A stretch of DNA of 64,000 bases from Eledone cirrhosa (lineage: Eukaryota): contig OZ024751.1 in NCBI GenBank assembly GCA_964016885.1, forward strand, positions 47,492,001 through 47,556,000. Reading direction: 5' to 3'. Shown piece by piece: positions 31,716 to 47,217 of this stretch (within the stretch, counting starts at the first letter, position 1; every line of letters starts with the position of its first letter). The translations under genes and the position numbers were made by a program. The notes beneath the pieces are model-generated. The model was not told where the DNA came from. It worked only from the letters and a program-made list of their open reading frames with translations, and ran no database searches.

Positions 31716-32832
31716 TATTATTACTATATATATAATATATATACATATAATTATTAAAAAAGTAACCAAGGTTTAATCTAATCTACCTTATATATATATA
31801 TATATATATATACATATATGCAAATATATGCCTATATAAAATCAGATATACACTCACACACACATATATAACTCCAGTAACATATACAATACTACGAAGA
31901 TGTGTCTACGAATGATGAAATAGATATATGAAAGTGACTTTCTTAATAGCACAGCCATAACTTGTTGACGAAAAGATGAAAATATTTACATCGTATAAAA
32001 CTATAAACAGATTTCTCGCTTTAATATTATACGTAGGCTTGACAAAAGATGTCTAACTCTTTTGATGCCAAATTGCCCGAAACAGCCTCTATGATTCTAA
32101 GCTGTTTATTCTAATGTGTTTATATTCATAAAAACAAAAAACCTTTTGCAATAATAAATGTTGTAACCTTTGCTAAGATATGTTCAAAAAATGAGAATAT
32201 CACTTATAATTCAAAATCTTTCCAAATTCTCGATGTTTGTTTTCAAAATACTTGAAAATACTAGTTTAAAAATAAGAAAATTAAAACTTTCTAAATTCTT
32301 GGTTATCTTCAAAACGCCTTCAAAATCATATGTAATGTCATTTATGAGACGTATGGTTAAGATGGGGTTAAATGAATTCTTTGAAGATCAATGCGAGTCC
32401 AACTAGAAGGATAAGATATGAAGGCAGATCAATTAAGGAGATTGTAAAGATTTGTTGTTCAGCTATTAATGAATAAAACCAGTTTGCCTAAATTTAAATA
32501 CAAAAACAAAAGAACTGCAAACATCGTGTGAAAAGCAGTTCCTTATCACAAGAGTACCAGATACGAACGCATACACACACATATTCTCTCTTACTCTCTC
32601 TCTCTTTCTCCCACATACATACACACACACACGCCCTCTCTCTCTATCTCACACACACACACACACACATCTCTCTTTCTCTCACATACACACATAATCT
32701 CTCTCTCACACACACACACGCACGCACATATATATATATAGTGGTGAGAAATTCTCAAGAGAGTTGGACAGCAGAAGATCTTCAGAGAAGAAGCACCCTT
32801 CAAGCAAATGCTTCACCCCTTACATTCTTGTA

Positions 32833-32995
<163 letters not shown>

Positions 32996-33019
32996 TGTAT
33001 ATATATATATTTATATATA

Positions 33020-33217
33020 CGGGTTGAGTCGGGGATAACCACAGTAAGTAAGGTACTCAATACATGGCAGAGTAAAATATATTTATTGTATAGAAGGAGC
33101 TTCTACAGGACTAGTACTGTTTCATTCAGATGAAATCTTCAGGAAGCTCCTGAAGATTTCATCTGAATGAAACAGTACTAGTCCTGTAGAAGCTCCTTCT
33201 ATACAATAAATATATTT
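33020..33217. mobile_element. (TA)n-flanked short fold-back element, family G
   Basis: Arms of about 70 bp; the apex lies within HHR stem I (33143-33149). Homologous to 27851-27970. Confidence 0.85.
33097..33149 (-). ncRNA. Type I hammerhead, family G (mirror copy 33144-33195 on + has an imperfect stem I)
   Basis: gagcttc-CTGAAGA-tttc(atct)gaat-GAAA-cag(tactagtc)ctg-TA-gaagctc: 7-bp stem I, 4-bp stem III, GTA site. Confidence 0.85.
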
Positions 33218-33360
33218 ATATATATATATGGAGCGGGTAAAATTCCAGAGTTCCATGGAGGAGTTTTCTCCAGCGGCCTCTCTCCCTCATTATCGCTGTC
33301 ATGGCCTGCGTCTCCAAGAGACCAGTGTCTGTCCTTAGGGCATCAACATATGTATGTGTG

Positions 33361-33407
<47 letters not shown>

Positions 33408-33507
33408 CTGCATATGTGTGAATTTGTAAAACTCTGATGAAACGGTGGTTAAGAATATAAAAAACATAACAAAACAAATGTTACTTTTTGATAAAAGATA
33501 TATTTAC

Positions 33508-33932
33508 CTTGCGTTTCACTCTCAGTTGATTTCTGTTTTCATTTTCCAACCTCTCTCCTGGAACCTGAGCTGACCATAACTTCCAAATAATCATGGCATA
33601 TGCAATGGAAATGACTATCACAGGCACAAAAAACAATACAATGGATACGAAGGTGTAGTAGATGCGTCTTGCCTTCATCCTATTCATCCTGTTTGTGATG
33701 AGAATCCAGTCATCTGAACAATATCGTTCCGTGTGATTGGCCCATTTCACCACGAAGAGGTGTCTAACATAAAGCAACGGTGCTGCCACAACAATGGCGA
33801 TAATCCAGAGCAAGACAATGGCGTACCAAGCACGTCGTTCTGCAATGTGGGCTTTTAAAGCGAACACTATACCGAAGAAACGGTCGCAAGCAATGACAGT
33901 CAGTGTCAGCATACTGGACACCATGGATGTCA
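33508..33932 (-). CDS. Internal exon (TM3-TM5 and ICL3) of a class A neuropeptide-type GPCR
   Basis: Translates as TSMVSSMLTLTVIACDRFFGIVF (DRF version of the DRY motif), a TM4 with conserved W and P (LLWIIAIVVAAPLL), an ECL2 Cys (RYCSDDW) and TM5 FFVPVIVISIAY. Polypyrimidine acceptor (tttctttactttccag) lies before 33932 and donor gtaaat after 33508; the exon ends in phase 0. Confidence 0.93.
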
Positions 33933-33997
33933 CTGGAAAGTAAAGAAATACAGGATGTCAATATTTTTATTTTTTATTTTTTTAGATTAACACATAC

Positions 33998-34086
<89 letters not shown>

Positions 34087-34279
34087 CACACAAACACAGA
34101 TACAGACAACCACACACATATATACACGTATACACACACACATACACAACATATACATTATATATACATACACACACACAAATATATATATAAGTTAAAA
34201 CAAAAAAAAACTATAACGAAGGGTGCACTACAAACAGTGTTAGTATTAGGTTCACGTTTGAGAGTGGGGGATACATACA

Positions 34280-34315
<36 letters not shown>

Positions 34316-34719
34316 TATACATATATACATACACATACACATACATACATACATATACATATATATATATATATATACATACATAGACACATACATACAT
34401 ACATGCATATACAAAGATAAGTCAAACAGTTAATGAAAATATATTGTTGTTTTTACAGTTGAACGTTTTGTAGGTTTAACTGGCCTCCTACGAAGTTTCA
34501 TCCTAAATGATGTTTCTTGGGTATTTTAGTCTTACGATATTGTTGTTGTTACAGTTTTTTACAGAATTTGCATCCCAGAGGAGTTTTCTTGGCTGTTTTA
34601 AACAATATGAAATGCTTCCTGATGCTAAAAAATACAACACAACACCAGGCCCAGGAATCGTAAACACGACCTTAAGATTATGAGTCCAAAAGCCTAACCA
34701 CAAGGCGAGGTAAAAAATA

Positions 34720-35125
34720 TTGGTTTCTTATATACGCACAAGGCAAGCAATTTTGGGGGAGTGGAAAGTCGATTAAATCAACCCCAGTGCGTGACTGGTA
34801 CTTTATTTTATCTACCCCGTAAGGATGAAAGACAAAGTTAACCTCGGCGGGATTTGAACTCAGATCATAAAGAGGCGTAACTCTATGCTACAAAGCACCG
34901 ATACTGCCAATCCACCGCCCCTAGGCTAGGTAAAAATAATTGTTTCTACTCTTGGCACAAGGCCAGCAATTAACCAATGCATTACTGGTACTTTATTTTA
35001 TCGACCCCGTAAGGATGAAAGGCAAAGTTAACCTTGGCGGGATTTGAACTCAGAATGGCAAGGGCCGTGACACTACTACAAAGCATGGCGTCAGACCCTC
35101 TACCGATCTACCAATCCACCACCCT
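34720..35125 (-). mobile_element. Tandem pair of a tRNA-type SINE; other copies 5255-5385 (-), 15945-16080 (+), 19995-20160 (-), 22110-22330 (-), 38328-38440 (-), 50125-50248, 55945-56057 (+), 62985-63150 (+)
   Basis: Recurrent core gagttcaaatcccgccgaggttaactttgcctttcatccttacggggtcgataaaataaagtaccagt containing a B-box-like GTTCAAATCC. Confidence 0.85.
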
Positions 35126-35659
35126 AAACGGATGTAATAATAAAAGTTTACCGTTTTTATAAAAATAATAATAACAATAAAATGACCCACGCACAGCAAA
35201 TATCATTTCTCCTTAAAAAATAAGTCTGATAATGTGTAAGAAAAATGAAAGAAGCTTGTCTGATGAATGCTTCTTTTGTATATATGGAATATAATATAGA
35301 ATACAATAGAATAGACGAGTATGAAACATGATAGAATGAAAGACATTTAAAGTAAGACATTCTTCATTGCTAGTTATCGTCTGCAATAGTTCAAAATGTA
35401 AGAACATTTGAAGTTTATTTGACGTTTATATTGAAAATCTGACTGGAATGAGCTTGGAGGATAAATGGTAGTTGCAGCAAATATATTAATGTAGGTAGAT
35501 GAAAGAAGATGAGGAAAAAGGGGAGCTAATATTCTTGTATGAATATATGGGTATATATTGGGTGCTCCTGACTAATATATATATATATACATAAATACAT
35601 ATGTATATATGCATACATAAATATGTAATATAATATAATATATAACATAATATAATATA

Positions 35660-35740
<81 letters not shown>

Positions 35741-35906
35741 GGCTGTTAACTGCTATACATAAATACATCCATATATTATATATTTATATATGCATATATA
35801 ATGTGGAAATTGATATATGTAAGAAGGCTTCAAACAAACTGCATTTTATTAAAATATAAAATCTATATACATATATATATATATATATATATACATACAT
35901 ATATAT

Positions 35907-35977
<71 letters not shown>

Positions 35978-35990
35978 CATACATATATAT

Positions 35991-36050
<60 letters not shown>

Positions 36051-36436
36051 TTACATACATATATATATAGAAAATAACTTCAATTGCAGTTAGTTGCTAT
36101 AAAATAGTTTATAGACATTGGGTAAAAAAACCCAGAGACGGAAAACATGTTGACAATGGTCGTTACGAAGAATCGAGCTCCATATCTCCCAGATATCGAT
36201 TACGTGCTCCAATCTTTGAAATAAGGGAGCCCTGTAAAATATCTTACCGTCCGAGTTTGCAGCAAAAAGAAGCTTATGGTACCTGCTTTGTGGTACTTAG
36301 GGGGATTATTCTGAATTCAGGTGAAACTATCACAACCGCGAATTAGTTCAAAAATAGATGTAAAGCATCGAAAATTGCAGCATATGTCTCCAGAATTGGT
36401 CAACAGATAAGGTCCAAACCTGTTGCACGACATCGC

Positions 36437-38252
36437 TGTTGGCAGTGGACAGAGAAGTATTTGTGGTGATGGTGGTGTTTGTAGCTGTGGTGGTGTTGGT
36501 GGTGTTGGCAGTGGACAGAGAAGTATTTGTGGTGATGGTGGTGTTTGTAGCTGTGGTGGTGTTGGTGGTGTTGGCAGTGGACAGAGAAGTATTTGTGGTG
36601 ATGGTGGTGTTTGTAGCTGTGGTGGTGTTGGTGGTGTTGGCAGTGGACAGAGAAGTATTTGTGGTGATGGTGGTGTTTGTAGCTGTGGTGGTGTTGGTGG
36701 TGTTGGCAGTGGACAGAGAAGTATTTGTGGTGATGGTGGTGTTTGTAGCTGTGGTGGTGTTGGTGGTGTTGGCAGTGGACAGAGAAGTATTTGTGGTGAT
36801 GGTGGTGTTTGTAGCTGTGGTGGTGTTGGTGGTGTTGGTGGTGTTTGTGGCGTTGGTTATGTTTGTAGCTGTGGTGGTGTTGGTGGTGTTTGTGGTGATG
36901 GTGGTGTTTGTAGCTGTGGTGGTGTTGGTGGTGTTGGCAGTGGACAGAGAAGTATTTGTGGTGATGGTGGTGTTTGTAGCTGTGGTGGTGTTGGTGGTGT
37001 TGGCAGTGGACAGAGAAGTATTTGTGGTGATGGTGGTGTTTGTAGCTGTGGTGGTGTTGGTGGTGTTGGCAGTGGACAGAGAAGTATTTGTGGTGATGGC
37101 GGTGTTTGTAGCTGTGGTGGTGTTGGTGGTGTTGGCAGTGGACAGAGAAGTATTTGTGGTGATGGTGGTGTTTGTAGCTGTGGTGGTGTTGGTGGTGTTG
37201 GCAGTGGACAGAGAAGTATTTGTGGTGATGGTGGTGTTTGTAGCTGTGGTGGTGTTGGTGGTGTTGGCAGTGGACAGAGAAGTATTTGTGGTGATGGTGG
37301 TGTTTGTAGCTGTGGTGGTGTTGGTGGTGTTGGCAGTGGACAGAGAAGTATTTGTGGTGATGGTGGTGTTTGTAGCTGTGGTGGTGTTGGTGGTGTTGGC
37401 AGTGGACAGAGAAGTATTTGTGGTGATGGTGGTGTTTGTAGCTGTGGTGGTGTTGGTGGTGTTGGTGGTGTTTGTGGCGTTGGTTATGTTTGTAGCTGTG
37501 GTGGTGTTGGTGGTGTTTGTGGTGATGGTGGTGTTTGTAGCTGTGGTGGTGTTGGTGGTGTTGGCAGTGGACAGAGAAGTATTTGTGGTGATGGTGGTGT
37601 TTGTAGCTGTGGTGGTGTTGGTGGTGTTGGCAGTGGACAGAGAAGTATTTGTGGTGATGGTGGTGTTTGTAGCTGTGGTGGTGTTGGTGGTGTTGGTGGT
37701 GTTTGTGGTGATGGTTATGTTTGTAGCTGTGGTGGTGTTGTGGTGTTGGTGGTGTTTGTGGTGATGGTGGTGTTTGTAGTTATGGTGGTGTTGGTGGTGT
37801 TGGTGGTGTTTGTGGTGATGGTGGTGTTTGTAGCTGTGTTGGTGGTGTTGGTGGTGTTTGTGGTGATGGTGGTGTTTGTAGCTGTGGTGGTGTTGGTGGT
37901 GTTGGTGGTGTTTGTGGCGTTGGTTATGTTTGTAGTTATGGTGGTGTTGGTGGTGTTGGTGGTGTTGGTGGTGTTGGTGGCGTTGGTTATGTTTGTAGTT
38001 ATGGTGGTGTTGGTGGTGTTGGTGGTGTTGGTGGTGTTTGTGGTGATGGTGGTGTTTGTAGCTGAGGTGGTGTTGGTGGTATTGGTGGTGTTTGTGGCGT
38101 TGGTTATGTTTGTAGTTATGGTGGTGTTGGTGGTGTTGGTGGTGTTTGTGGTGATGGTTATGTTTGTAGCTGTGGTGGTGTTGGTGGTGTTGGTGGCGTT
38201 TGTGGTGATGGTGGTGTTTGTAGCTGTGTTGGTGTTGGTGGTGTTGGTGGTT
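36437..38252. repeat. 60-bp minisatellite decaying into a GGT-rich repeat
   Basis: Unit gttggcagtggacagagaagtatttgtggtgatggtggtgtttgtagctgtggtggtgttggtggt is repeated near-identically to about 37690; degenerate sub-units follow. Confidence 0.92.
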
Positions 38253-38715
38253 GTATTGATGAGGATAGTTGCTGGTGGCAGTGTTGGTGGTATTGATAGT
38301 TATAGTAATGATGATGATAATAATATAATTGTTTCTACGTTTGGCACAAGGCGAGCAATTATCTCAGCGTATTACTGGTACTTTATTTTATCGAATCCGT
38401 AAGGATGAAAGGCGAAGTTAACCTCGGCGGGATTTGAACTCTGTGTGTGTGTGCGTGTAAGTGTACATATGTATGTATGTATGTATGTGTTTGTAAGTGT
38501 ATATATATGTGTGTATGTATGTGTGTGGGATGGGGAAAGTGGGGTGAGTTTCTTTTGATTCTGGAGTATTTTATGTTTCTTTATTTCTACTATCTTGACA
38601 CCATTGTTGAACAACAGGCAACAAGGCAAGAATGTGTCACTTATCGATAATGTCAGTCTTGAGAGCTTTCCACTATTGATCACTGCTGTCACTGTAGCTA
38701 TGAAAGTTCGCGATA

Positions 38716-38761
<46 letters not shown>

Positions 38762-38965
38762 CCTCCCACCTACATCGTTCCTCACCCCCCTCCCTGTACA
38801 TATCCCCCCACTCCATAACCACCACCACCACAACCATCCACATCAGACCTTATGCCTTCATCCCCCACCCTCTATATCTTGAATATTTAAAACCTGGCGG
38901 AGCCCATCCTTCTCCAAGCTGAAGCACAGCCGATTCCTTCCAAAGACAGAAATAAATAAACAAAA

Positions 38966-39012
<47 letters not shown>

Positions 39013-39611
39013 GAGAGAAAGAAATAATTGATCTCAGTACTGGACAAGTACTTTAATTATCGACCACGAATGAACAGAAGGCAACGTTGCTTTCGATGGG
39101 ATTTGAACTCAGAGCGCAATAAGCAGAATCATACACCGAGGTGTATTTTTAACCCGACCTCCTAACGTCTCTGCCAGATCCCAGCCTTGGCTAAGAACGT
39201 AGAAAGTCGTAAATACTGTAAGTAAAAGTAGTCCAGTACTTTATCGTATCAACCCAAATACCACCCGTAAATGTTAAATATCATAGGAATAAAACCATGT
39301 TCAGTTTATGATTGACTTGTCTTTAACATATATAGGCATGAGGGACTATTAAATACTCATAATATTTAGTTTGTATGCTTTAAAACAAACCCTAAAAGTC
39401 GAATCACCATAAAATGTATGTTTATGTCAGCCAGAATGTCAATTGTATCGATCAATATGATATAAAATTCACTTCCGGTCAAATAACGACCTCCATATTG
39501 TTCATGGCTTGTAATATATGATTGATCATTGGAAATACGCAAACCAACACAGACACACACACACAGAAACGATACATATACACACATACATACATATTTT
39601 CACACACACAC

Positions 39612-39676
<65 letters not shown>

Positions 39677-40053
39677 TACATATATATATATATATGCGCA
39701 AGCAAACCAACATTAGGTATGTCGATACGCAAACACAGATACACACACAAATACATGACATATTCACATACACAAATACATATTTTCACACAGACAGACA
39801 CACACACACATATATATACACATATATATATATATATATATATATGTGTATATATATATGCGCAAGCAAACCAACATTAGGTATGTCGACACACAAACAC
39901 AGACACACACATACAAAGAAATGATACACATACTTACATATTTTCTCACACACATATACATATATGCGCAAATACATATATATACGAACACTTGTATGCA
40001 TGTATATCTCTATATGTTCATGTTCCACTGTATGAACATACACTTGTTTTTAG

Positions 40054-40091
<38 letters not shown>

Positions 40092-40144
40092 AACGGAAAA
40101 ATGAAACCAAATTTCATTTCCCACTCTTAGTACGGCTGTACATA

Positions 40145-40204
<60 letters not shown>

Positions 40205-40248
40205 GGTAAACATTGATGCAATTCAATTCAAGCACTCAACGTACTTTT

Positions 40249-40338
<90 letters not shown>

Positions 40339-40687
40339 ATATATATATATATATATACTGCAAAATCAAAACATGTTTTTTTACGAAGAATGAACTCTGA
40401 CGTGAACTTATCTCTAAAAACACATTCCGGGTCATGTAAGGAACGCTTTTTAGTTAACGGGCGAAACGTACGTCGGTGCTATTTTAAATAAACATGTTTT
40501 AACGGTCTGTTCTCCTGTATTTTACTTCTCCACGGTCTTACGCTCTGCTAACTCTCTCGCCCACTAGATATTAACACTTCTAATATTTAACACTGCCGGC
40601 ACTAGTATTGAGCACCCTCTGCATTCGCTATTTGGCAAATAACTACATCTATCACCGATCCCTCCTTTTCTATCTCTCTATATGTAA

Positions 40688-40786
<99 letters not shown>

Positions 40787-40842
40787 TAAAATAACAGATT
40801 AAAGTTTAAGCAAAGAATCGCTGCTTTCAATTTTATTATTAT

Positions 40843-40903
<61 letters not shown>

Positions 40904-41082
40904 GAAATAGTCATTTGATATGATGTTTACAACTATATATCTATTCGGCTATCAATCAATACTTACATACATGCAAACGTACAAAATACATACACCTCTC
41001 TCTCTCTCTCTCTTTTTTTCTATATCTATCTATCTCTCCCAAGCACACACAGATACACACACGCACACACACACACACACTC

Positions 41083-41133
<51 letters not shown>

Positions 41134-41184
41134 ATATATATATACGATATTAATAAATGGAAACTATATTTATAAAACCATATT

Positions 41185-41249
41185 TATTTCATTATACATA
41201 TTTCAGGGATACCACATTAAATTATGGTATGCCTTCATCAGACAAAATA
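41185..41249 (-). ncRNA. Minimal hammerhead, family A (solo copy in fragment 41145-41290)
   Basis: tattttgt-CTGATGA-aggcatacca(taatttaatg)tggtatccct-GAAA-TATGTA-TA-atgaaata. Confidence 0.8.
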
Positions 41250-42230
41250 CAATATATAACAGTTTTACAAATAGATTTGACGTACCCTTTAAAATACAAC
41301 CATTACTTTTGGAGGCTGTCTGGATAGTGATTTGTTTATATAATAAGTCATAGTGTTAAGCACAATTAGAAAAAGACGGAGAGAAAGAAAAAAGACGGAG
41401 AGAGAGAAAAGAACAGAGACAGAGAGAGAGAAAGAAAAGAGAAAGAAAACCTGGAGAAATATCGGAGAGAGAGAGAAATGTATGGAGAAAAGAAAGAGAT
41501 AGATAAAGATAGGAGGAAATAAAAAAGAAAGAAAAGGAAGGAATAAGAAAAACAAAGGAAAGCAATAGAGAGATATCAAGTCATCATACAGAAAGAAAAA
41601 CTCAAGAGAGAGAAATACTATATAGAGAGGGGGGGGGGGACAGTGACAACTTTACGTCATGTCATATTAAGTTGAGTTAACAATTTATATGAAATGAATA
41701 ATAAAAATATAAATATAAGTATCAATATTCATGAATGGAACATATATATATAATATGAGAAATTAACATTGTTCAATAATGACCATATGTTTAGTTTAGA
41801 AACTTGAGATCAATATACCAAAATTCGAGTTCAAAATGTACCCTTGTTATAGAGATTAGTATTTTATGCAAAGACATACATATATATATGTATATATACA
41901 TACATATAGATACGCACGTCCTGAAAATAGAAATTATGTTTACTCAAGCCAACAATATATATATATATATTTATATTATATATATATATAATATAAAATC
42001 AAAAGATGGTTAAAAGACTTCCATGTATTTTATTATGCGCAATTCAAAAACACATATCATCATGGGATGTTATTTGCGTTCTCATCAGATAAAACTCACC
42101 TCCTACACACATATGTATATATATAAAATGAGAAGAAGTAATAGATACAGATATATACCTACTTTTTCTTAAAAATCCCGACTGTCCAGTTTCGCTGGTC
42201 AGTTTGCAGCAATTTTACATTATAGATGTG

Positions 42231-42269
<39 letters not shown>

Positions 42270-42441
42270 CTCCCAGTCACCTCTGTCTTGTAACTTTAAT
42301 TTTCCCCGATGAAGGACTAACATCCGATACGTTGAGGCATTCTTTTTCCATCATCCACAAGTCTGAAACTAATAAGACTTCGTGTAATTGTTCTCTGCGT
42401 TTGTATATTTTTATCTTGAACTCTCTCTATATATATATACT

Positions 42442-42512
<71 letters not shown>

Positions 42513-42672
42513 GTTTATATGTATACGTGTATGTATGAACGTATGTATGAATGACAAATTGATCTTCTGTTCCACAGTAAATATGTTAACATCTTGTCAC
42601 GCAAAATGCAAATGTTTGCAGAAAATGCCAAAACTATCCGAATGTATTTGATGTATGATGTGACGTATTACA

Positions 42673-43730
42673 TGATTATGATGATGGTGATGATGGTGGT
42701 TGTGGTAGTGGTAGTAGTGGTGGTTGTGGTGGTGGTGGTGGAGGGCGTGGTGGGGGTGGTGATGGTGGTGGTGGTGATGGTGGTGTCGGTGGTGGTGGTG
42801 CTGGTGTTGCTGGTGATGGTGGTGGTGGTGTCGGTGGTGGTGCTGGTGCTGGTGGTGGTGATGGTGGTGGTGGTGATGGTGGTGGTGGTGGTGTCGGTGG
42901 TGGTGCTGGTGCTGGTGGTGGTGATGGTGGTGGTGGTGATGGTAGTGGTGGTGATGGTGGTGGTGGTGATGGTGGTGAGGGTGGTGGTGGCGGTGGTATT
43001 GGTGATGGTAATGGTGATGGTGATGGTGGTGGTGGTGGTGTCGGTGGTGGTGCTGGTGCTGGTGCTGGTGGTGGTGATGGTGGTGGTGGTGATGGTGGTG
43101 GTATTGGTGATGGTGATGGTGATGATGGTGGTGGTGGTGGTGTCGGTGGTAGTGCTGGTGCTGGTGGTGGTGATGGTGGTGGTGGTGATGGTGGTGGTGG
43201 TGATGGTGATGGTGATGGTGATGATGATGGTGGTGGTGGTGGTGTCGGTGGTAGTGCTGGTGCTGGTGGTGGTGATGGTGATGGTGATGATGATGGTGGT
43301 GGTGGTGATGGTGGTGGTGGTGATGGTGGTGGTGGTGGTGGTGATGGTGATGGTGGTGGTGGTATTGGTGATGGTGATGGTGATGATGATGGTGGTGGTG
43401 GTGGTGTCGGTTGTAGTGCTGGTGCTGGTGGTGGTGATGGTGGTGGTGGTGATGGTGGTGGTGGTGATGGTGGTGGTGGTGATGGTGATGGTGGTGGTGC
43501 TGATGGTGGTGATGCTGGTGGTGATGGTGGTGATGGTGATGGTGGTGGTGGTGGTGATGGTGGTGGTGGTGGTGGTATTGGTGATGGTGATGGTGATGGT
43601 GGTGGTGGTGGTGGTGGTGGTGGTGTGATGGTGGTGGTGGTGGTGGTGGTGGTGGTGGCGGTGGTGGTGGTGGTGGTGATGGTGGTGGTGATGTTGATGC
43701 TGAAGAGGGTGGTAGTGGTGGTGGTGGTAT
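42673..43730. repeat. (GGT/GAT)n degenerate microsatellite
   Basis: Directly visible. Confidence 0.95.
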
Positions 43731-44126
43731 AGAGGTCGTGATAGTGATAATAACTGTGATGAGGATCATATTTGTATTGACACTGTAACTGGTAGAGCTT
43801 CTACCATTTTTTCTTCATTGTGATGATGATGATGCCTAGCAGCGGGATATTGACGCACACATACGCACACTCACACTCACTCTCACACACACACTAACAC
43901 ACATACTAACACACACACACACTAACAAACATAATCCCCCCCCCCCCTACACACTCACACACAATCATGGAAAATTTCATTAAATGTATACGTGATAGAA
44001 ATACAACCAATATATTAAAGGATGTAGTTTAAAGAAAGGAAGCACACATGTTGGATCTCCGTCAGTTGAGACGTTGATTGCTTCACAATTACCTAAATTA
44101 CAGAACAGCCTGCTCTTGAAATTTGC

Positions 44127-44748
44127 GTGCCAGTTGTAGCTGAGTATTCCATAGACAAGGGCAACGTTAACTCAGTTCTCAGGGAGATTCAGTGGGATAA
44201 GATTGCTCTTGTGATTTACGTGTTAGTGGTAACTGAGTATTCCATAGACAATGGCAACGTTAACTCAGTTCTCAGGGAGATTCAGTGGGATAAGATTGCT
44301 CTTGTGATTTACGTTAGTGGTAACTGAGTATTTCATAGACAAGGGCAACGTTAACTCAGTTCTCAGGGAGATTCAGTGGGATAAGATTGCTCTTGTGATT
44401 TACGTGTTAGTGGTAACTGAGTATTCCATAGACAAGGGCAACGTTAACTCAGTTCTCAGGGAGATTCAGTGGGATAAGATTGCTCTTGTGATTTACGTGT
44501 TAGTGGTAACTGAGTATTCCATAGACAAGGGCAACGTTAACTCAGTTCTCAGGGAGATTCAGTGGGATAAGATTGCTCTTGTGATTTACGTGTTAGTAGT
44601 AACTGAGTATTCCATAGACAAAGGCAACGTTAACTCATTTCTCAGGGAGATTCAGTGGGATAAGATTGCTCTTGTGATTTACGTGTTAGTAGTAACTGAG
44701 TATTCCATAGACAAAGGCAACGTTAACTTTGTTCTCAGGGAGATTCAC
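44127..44748. repeat. 93-bp minisatellite x about 6.5, expanded inside a SINE-like repeat
   Basis: Unit ctgagtattccatagacaagggcaacgttaactcagttctcagggagattcagtgggataagattgctcttgtgatttacgtgttagtggtaa; flanks and unit align with the single-copy relative at 61440-61570. Confidence 0.9.
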
Positions 44749-45122
44749 TGTGACACAGCGAGTGATACGACTAGTCACATGATTTACAGGTAAAATACTA
44801 TAGTAAAAATAAAGAGTCTTGCTCAAGCACAACAGGCACAGCCCAGACTATACAGACATAAACTCTAACCAAGTTACATGTCGTGACACACAGACATCCA
44901 CACGCACATACATACACCCCACACTCGCACACACACTCAGACACACGCTTACACACACACATACTCAGACAGACAGACACACACACTAAAGTGAAGGTAG
45001 GTAGCTTAGTTGTTAAGGAATTGGTCTTATGATTGGAAGGTTGTGTCATCGAACTATCGGTGGAATCTAAGACACTGGCACATTAATTTAATGAGCAGCA
45101 GGTTGTACCATCGTTAGAACAA

Positions 45123-45648
<526 letters not shown>

Positions 45649-45753
45649 AAATGAAAGCTATTCTTCCTGAAGATACAACGTATAGAGAATGATAAAAAGC
45701 ATGAGAATGTGTGCATGTGCGTGTATTTATGTGCGTGTATGCATGTGTATATC

Positions 45754-45825
<72 letters not shown>

Positions 45826-46087
45826 AGTTTGTGTGTTTGTTTGTTGCATATATCTGCATATAACTTAGTTATAAAAGAATATTGTGAACATAACTAGCAA
45901 GAGGTAACATCTAAGATGGACAATGCCAAAGGATCTGTATTCCAACCTAATTAGGTCTCATTCAATCTTGATAGAAATAACGTTTCGATGGTTGAAAACC
46001 TCAGGGGACTCATCTTGTCTCCGTTGGATTTCAATATGGAATCTGTATGACACTTTTCAATATTATATATATATATATATATATATA

Positions 46088-46549
46088 TGTAGGAGGTGAG
46101 TTTTATTGTAGTACAATTAAGCAATGCAGATATCGGATAAGAAGCACTCTACAGTTTGTAGGACTGGAGTATACATAATATATAAGATCAAAAGATGGTT
46201 AAAAGAGTTCCATGTATTTTATTATGCGCATTTCAAAAAACAAATATCATCATGCAATAACATTTGTGTTTTCATCAGATAAAATAGGAAGACATGATAT
46301 GAAGGTTAAAAAACACTTGTGGATAGTGCAGTTTTAAATCAACATATGTTGATTTAAAACTGATATGTTGATTTAAAACTGATATGTTGATTTAAAACTG
46401 CACTATCCACAAGTGTTTTTTAACCTTCATATCATGTCTTCCTATTTTATCTGATGAAAACACAAATGTTATTGCATGATGATATTTGTTTTTGAAATGC
46501 GCATAATAAAATACATGGAACTCTTTTAACCATCTTTTGATCTTATATA

Positions 46550-46552
<3 letters not shown>
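46088..46552. mobile_element. (TA)n-flanked fold-back element, family B (Penelope terminal repeat)
   Basis: Arms 46176-46347 and 46383-46552; a 19-bp unit is triplicated at the apex. Matches 1146-1292 and 2580-2745. Rearranged copies with mutated cores lie at 41995-42110 and 51750-52075. Confidence 0.88.
46443..46513 (+). ncRNA. Minimal hammerhead, family B (mirror copy 46215-46286 on -)
   Basis: tattttat-CTGATGA-aaacacaaatgttatt(gcat)gatgatatttgttttt-GAAA-TGCGCA-TA-ataaaata. Confidence 0.88.
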
Positions 46553-46607
<55 letters not shown>

Positions 46608-46773
46608 GATATGTAGAATCCCGACCGCGGCGCCAAGCGGTTTCACCTTGTGTGTTCAGTAAGTCTTTTCAATTACATCTCCTCATCTCCCCATGCATTC
46701 AGAACTCTCATGATTAGTGGTCTCCCCAGGCTCAGCACCACCGACCCTCACTCACTCTCTCTCTCTCTCCCCC

Positions 46774-46857
<84 letters not shown>

Positions 46858-47109
46858 AACAGAAATAGGTTTTACATCACTTTTTTATTGATCAGGCTCA
46901 GTTATGAAAGCTCCGTTTCACCGATAGGTGGCTCAAGATTCATTTTACTGTTATAGATCTGACTCCAGAGCCGGAATCTGAATCTGCTCATTAGATTTAT
47001 TAATCAAGCAAAAACAGAAATTTATCTCAGGGCATCCTAGCTCAAATGAGTGATAATATTAGTGCCTTCCTCAGCAAGCCACAAATCTACTGAATCACCA
47101 AAAACCACA

Positions 47110-47217
<108 letters not shown>

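Noticed and set aside
36423-38402. 659-aa Gly/Cys-rich ORF resembling a structural protein
   Set aside because: It is a stop-free 60-bp minisatellite open in more than one frame, with a non-ATG start, almost no synonymous variation, and an end inside a SINE.
44127-44793. 158-aa repeat protein or CRISPR-like array
   Set aside because: The 93-bp units are near-identical with no unique spacers, one unit is frameshifted by a 2-nt deletion, the sequence derives from a dispersed repeat, and the context is eukaryotic with no cas genes.
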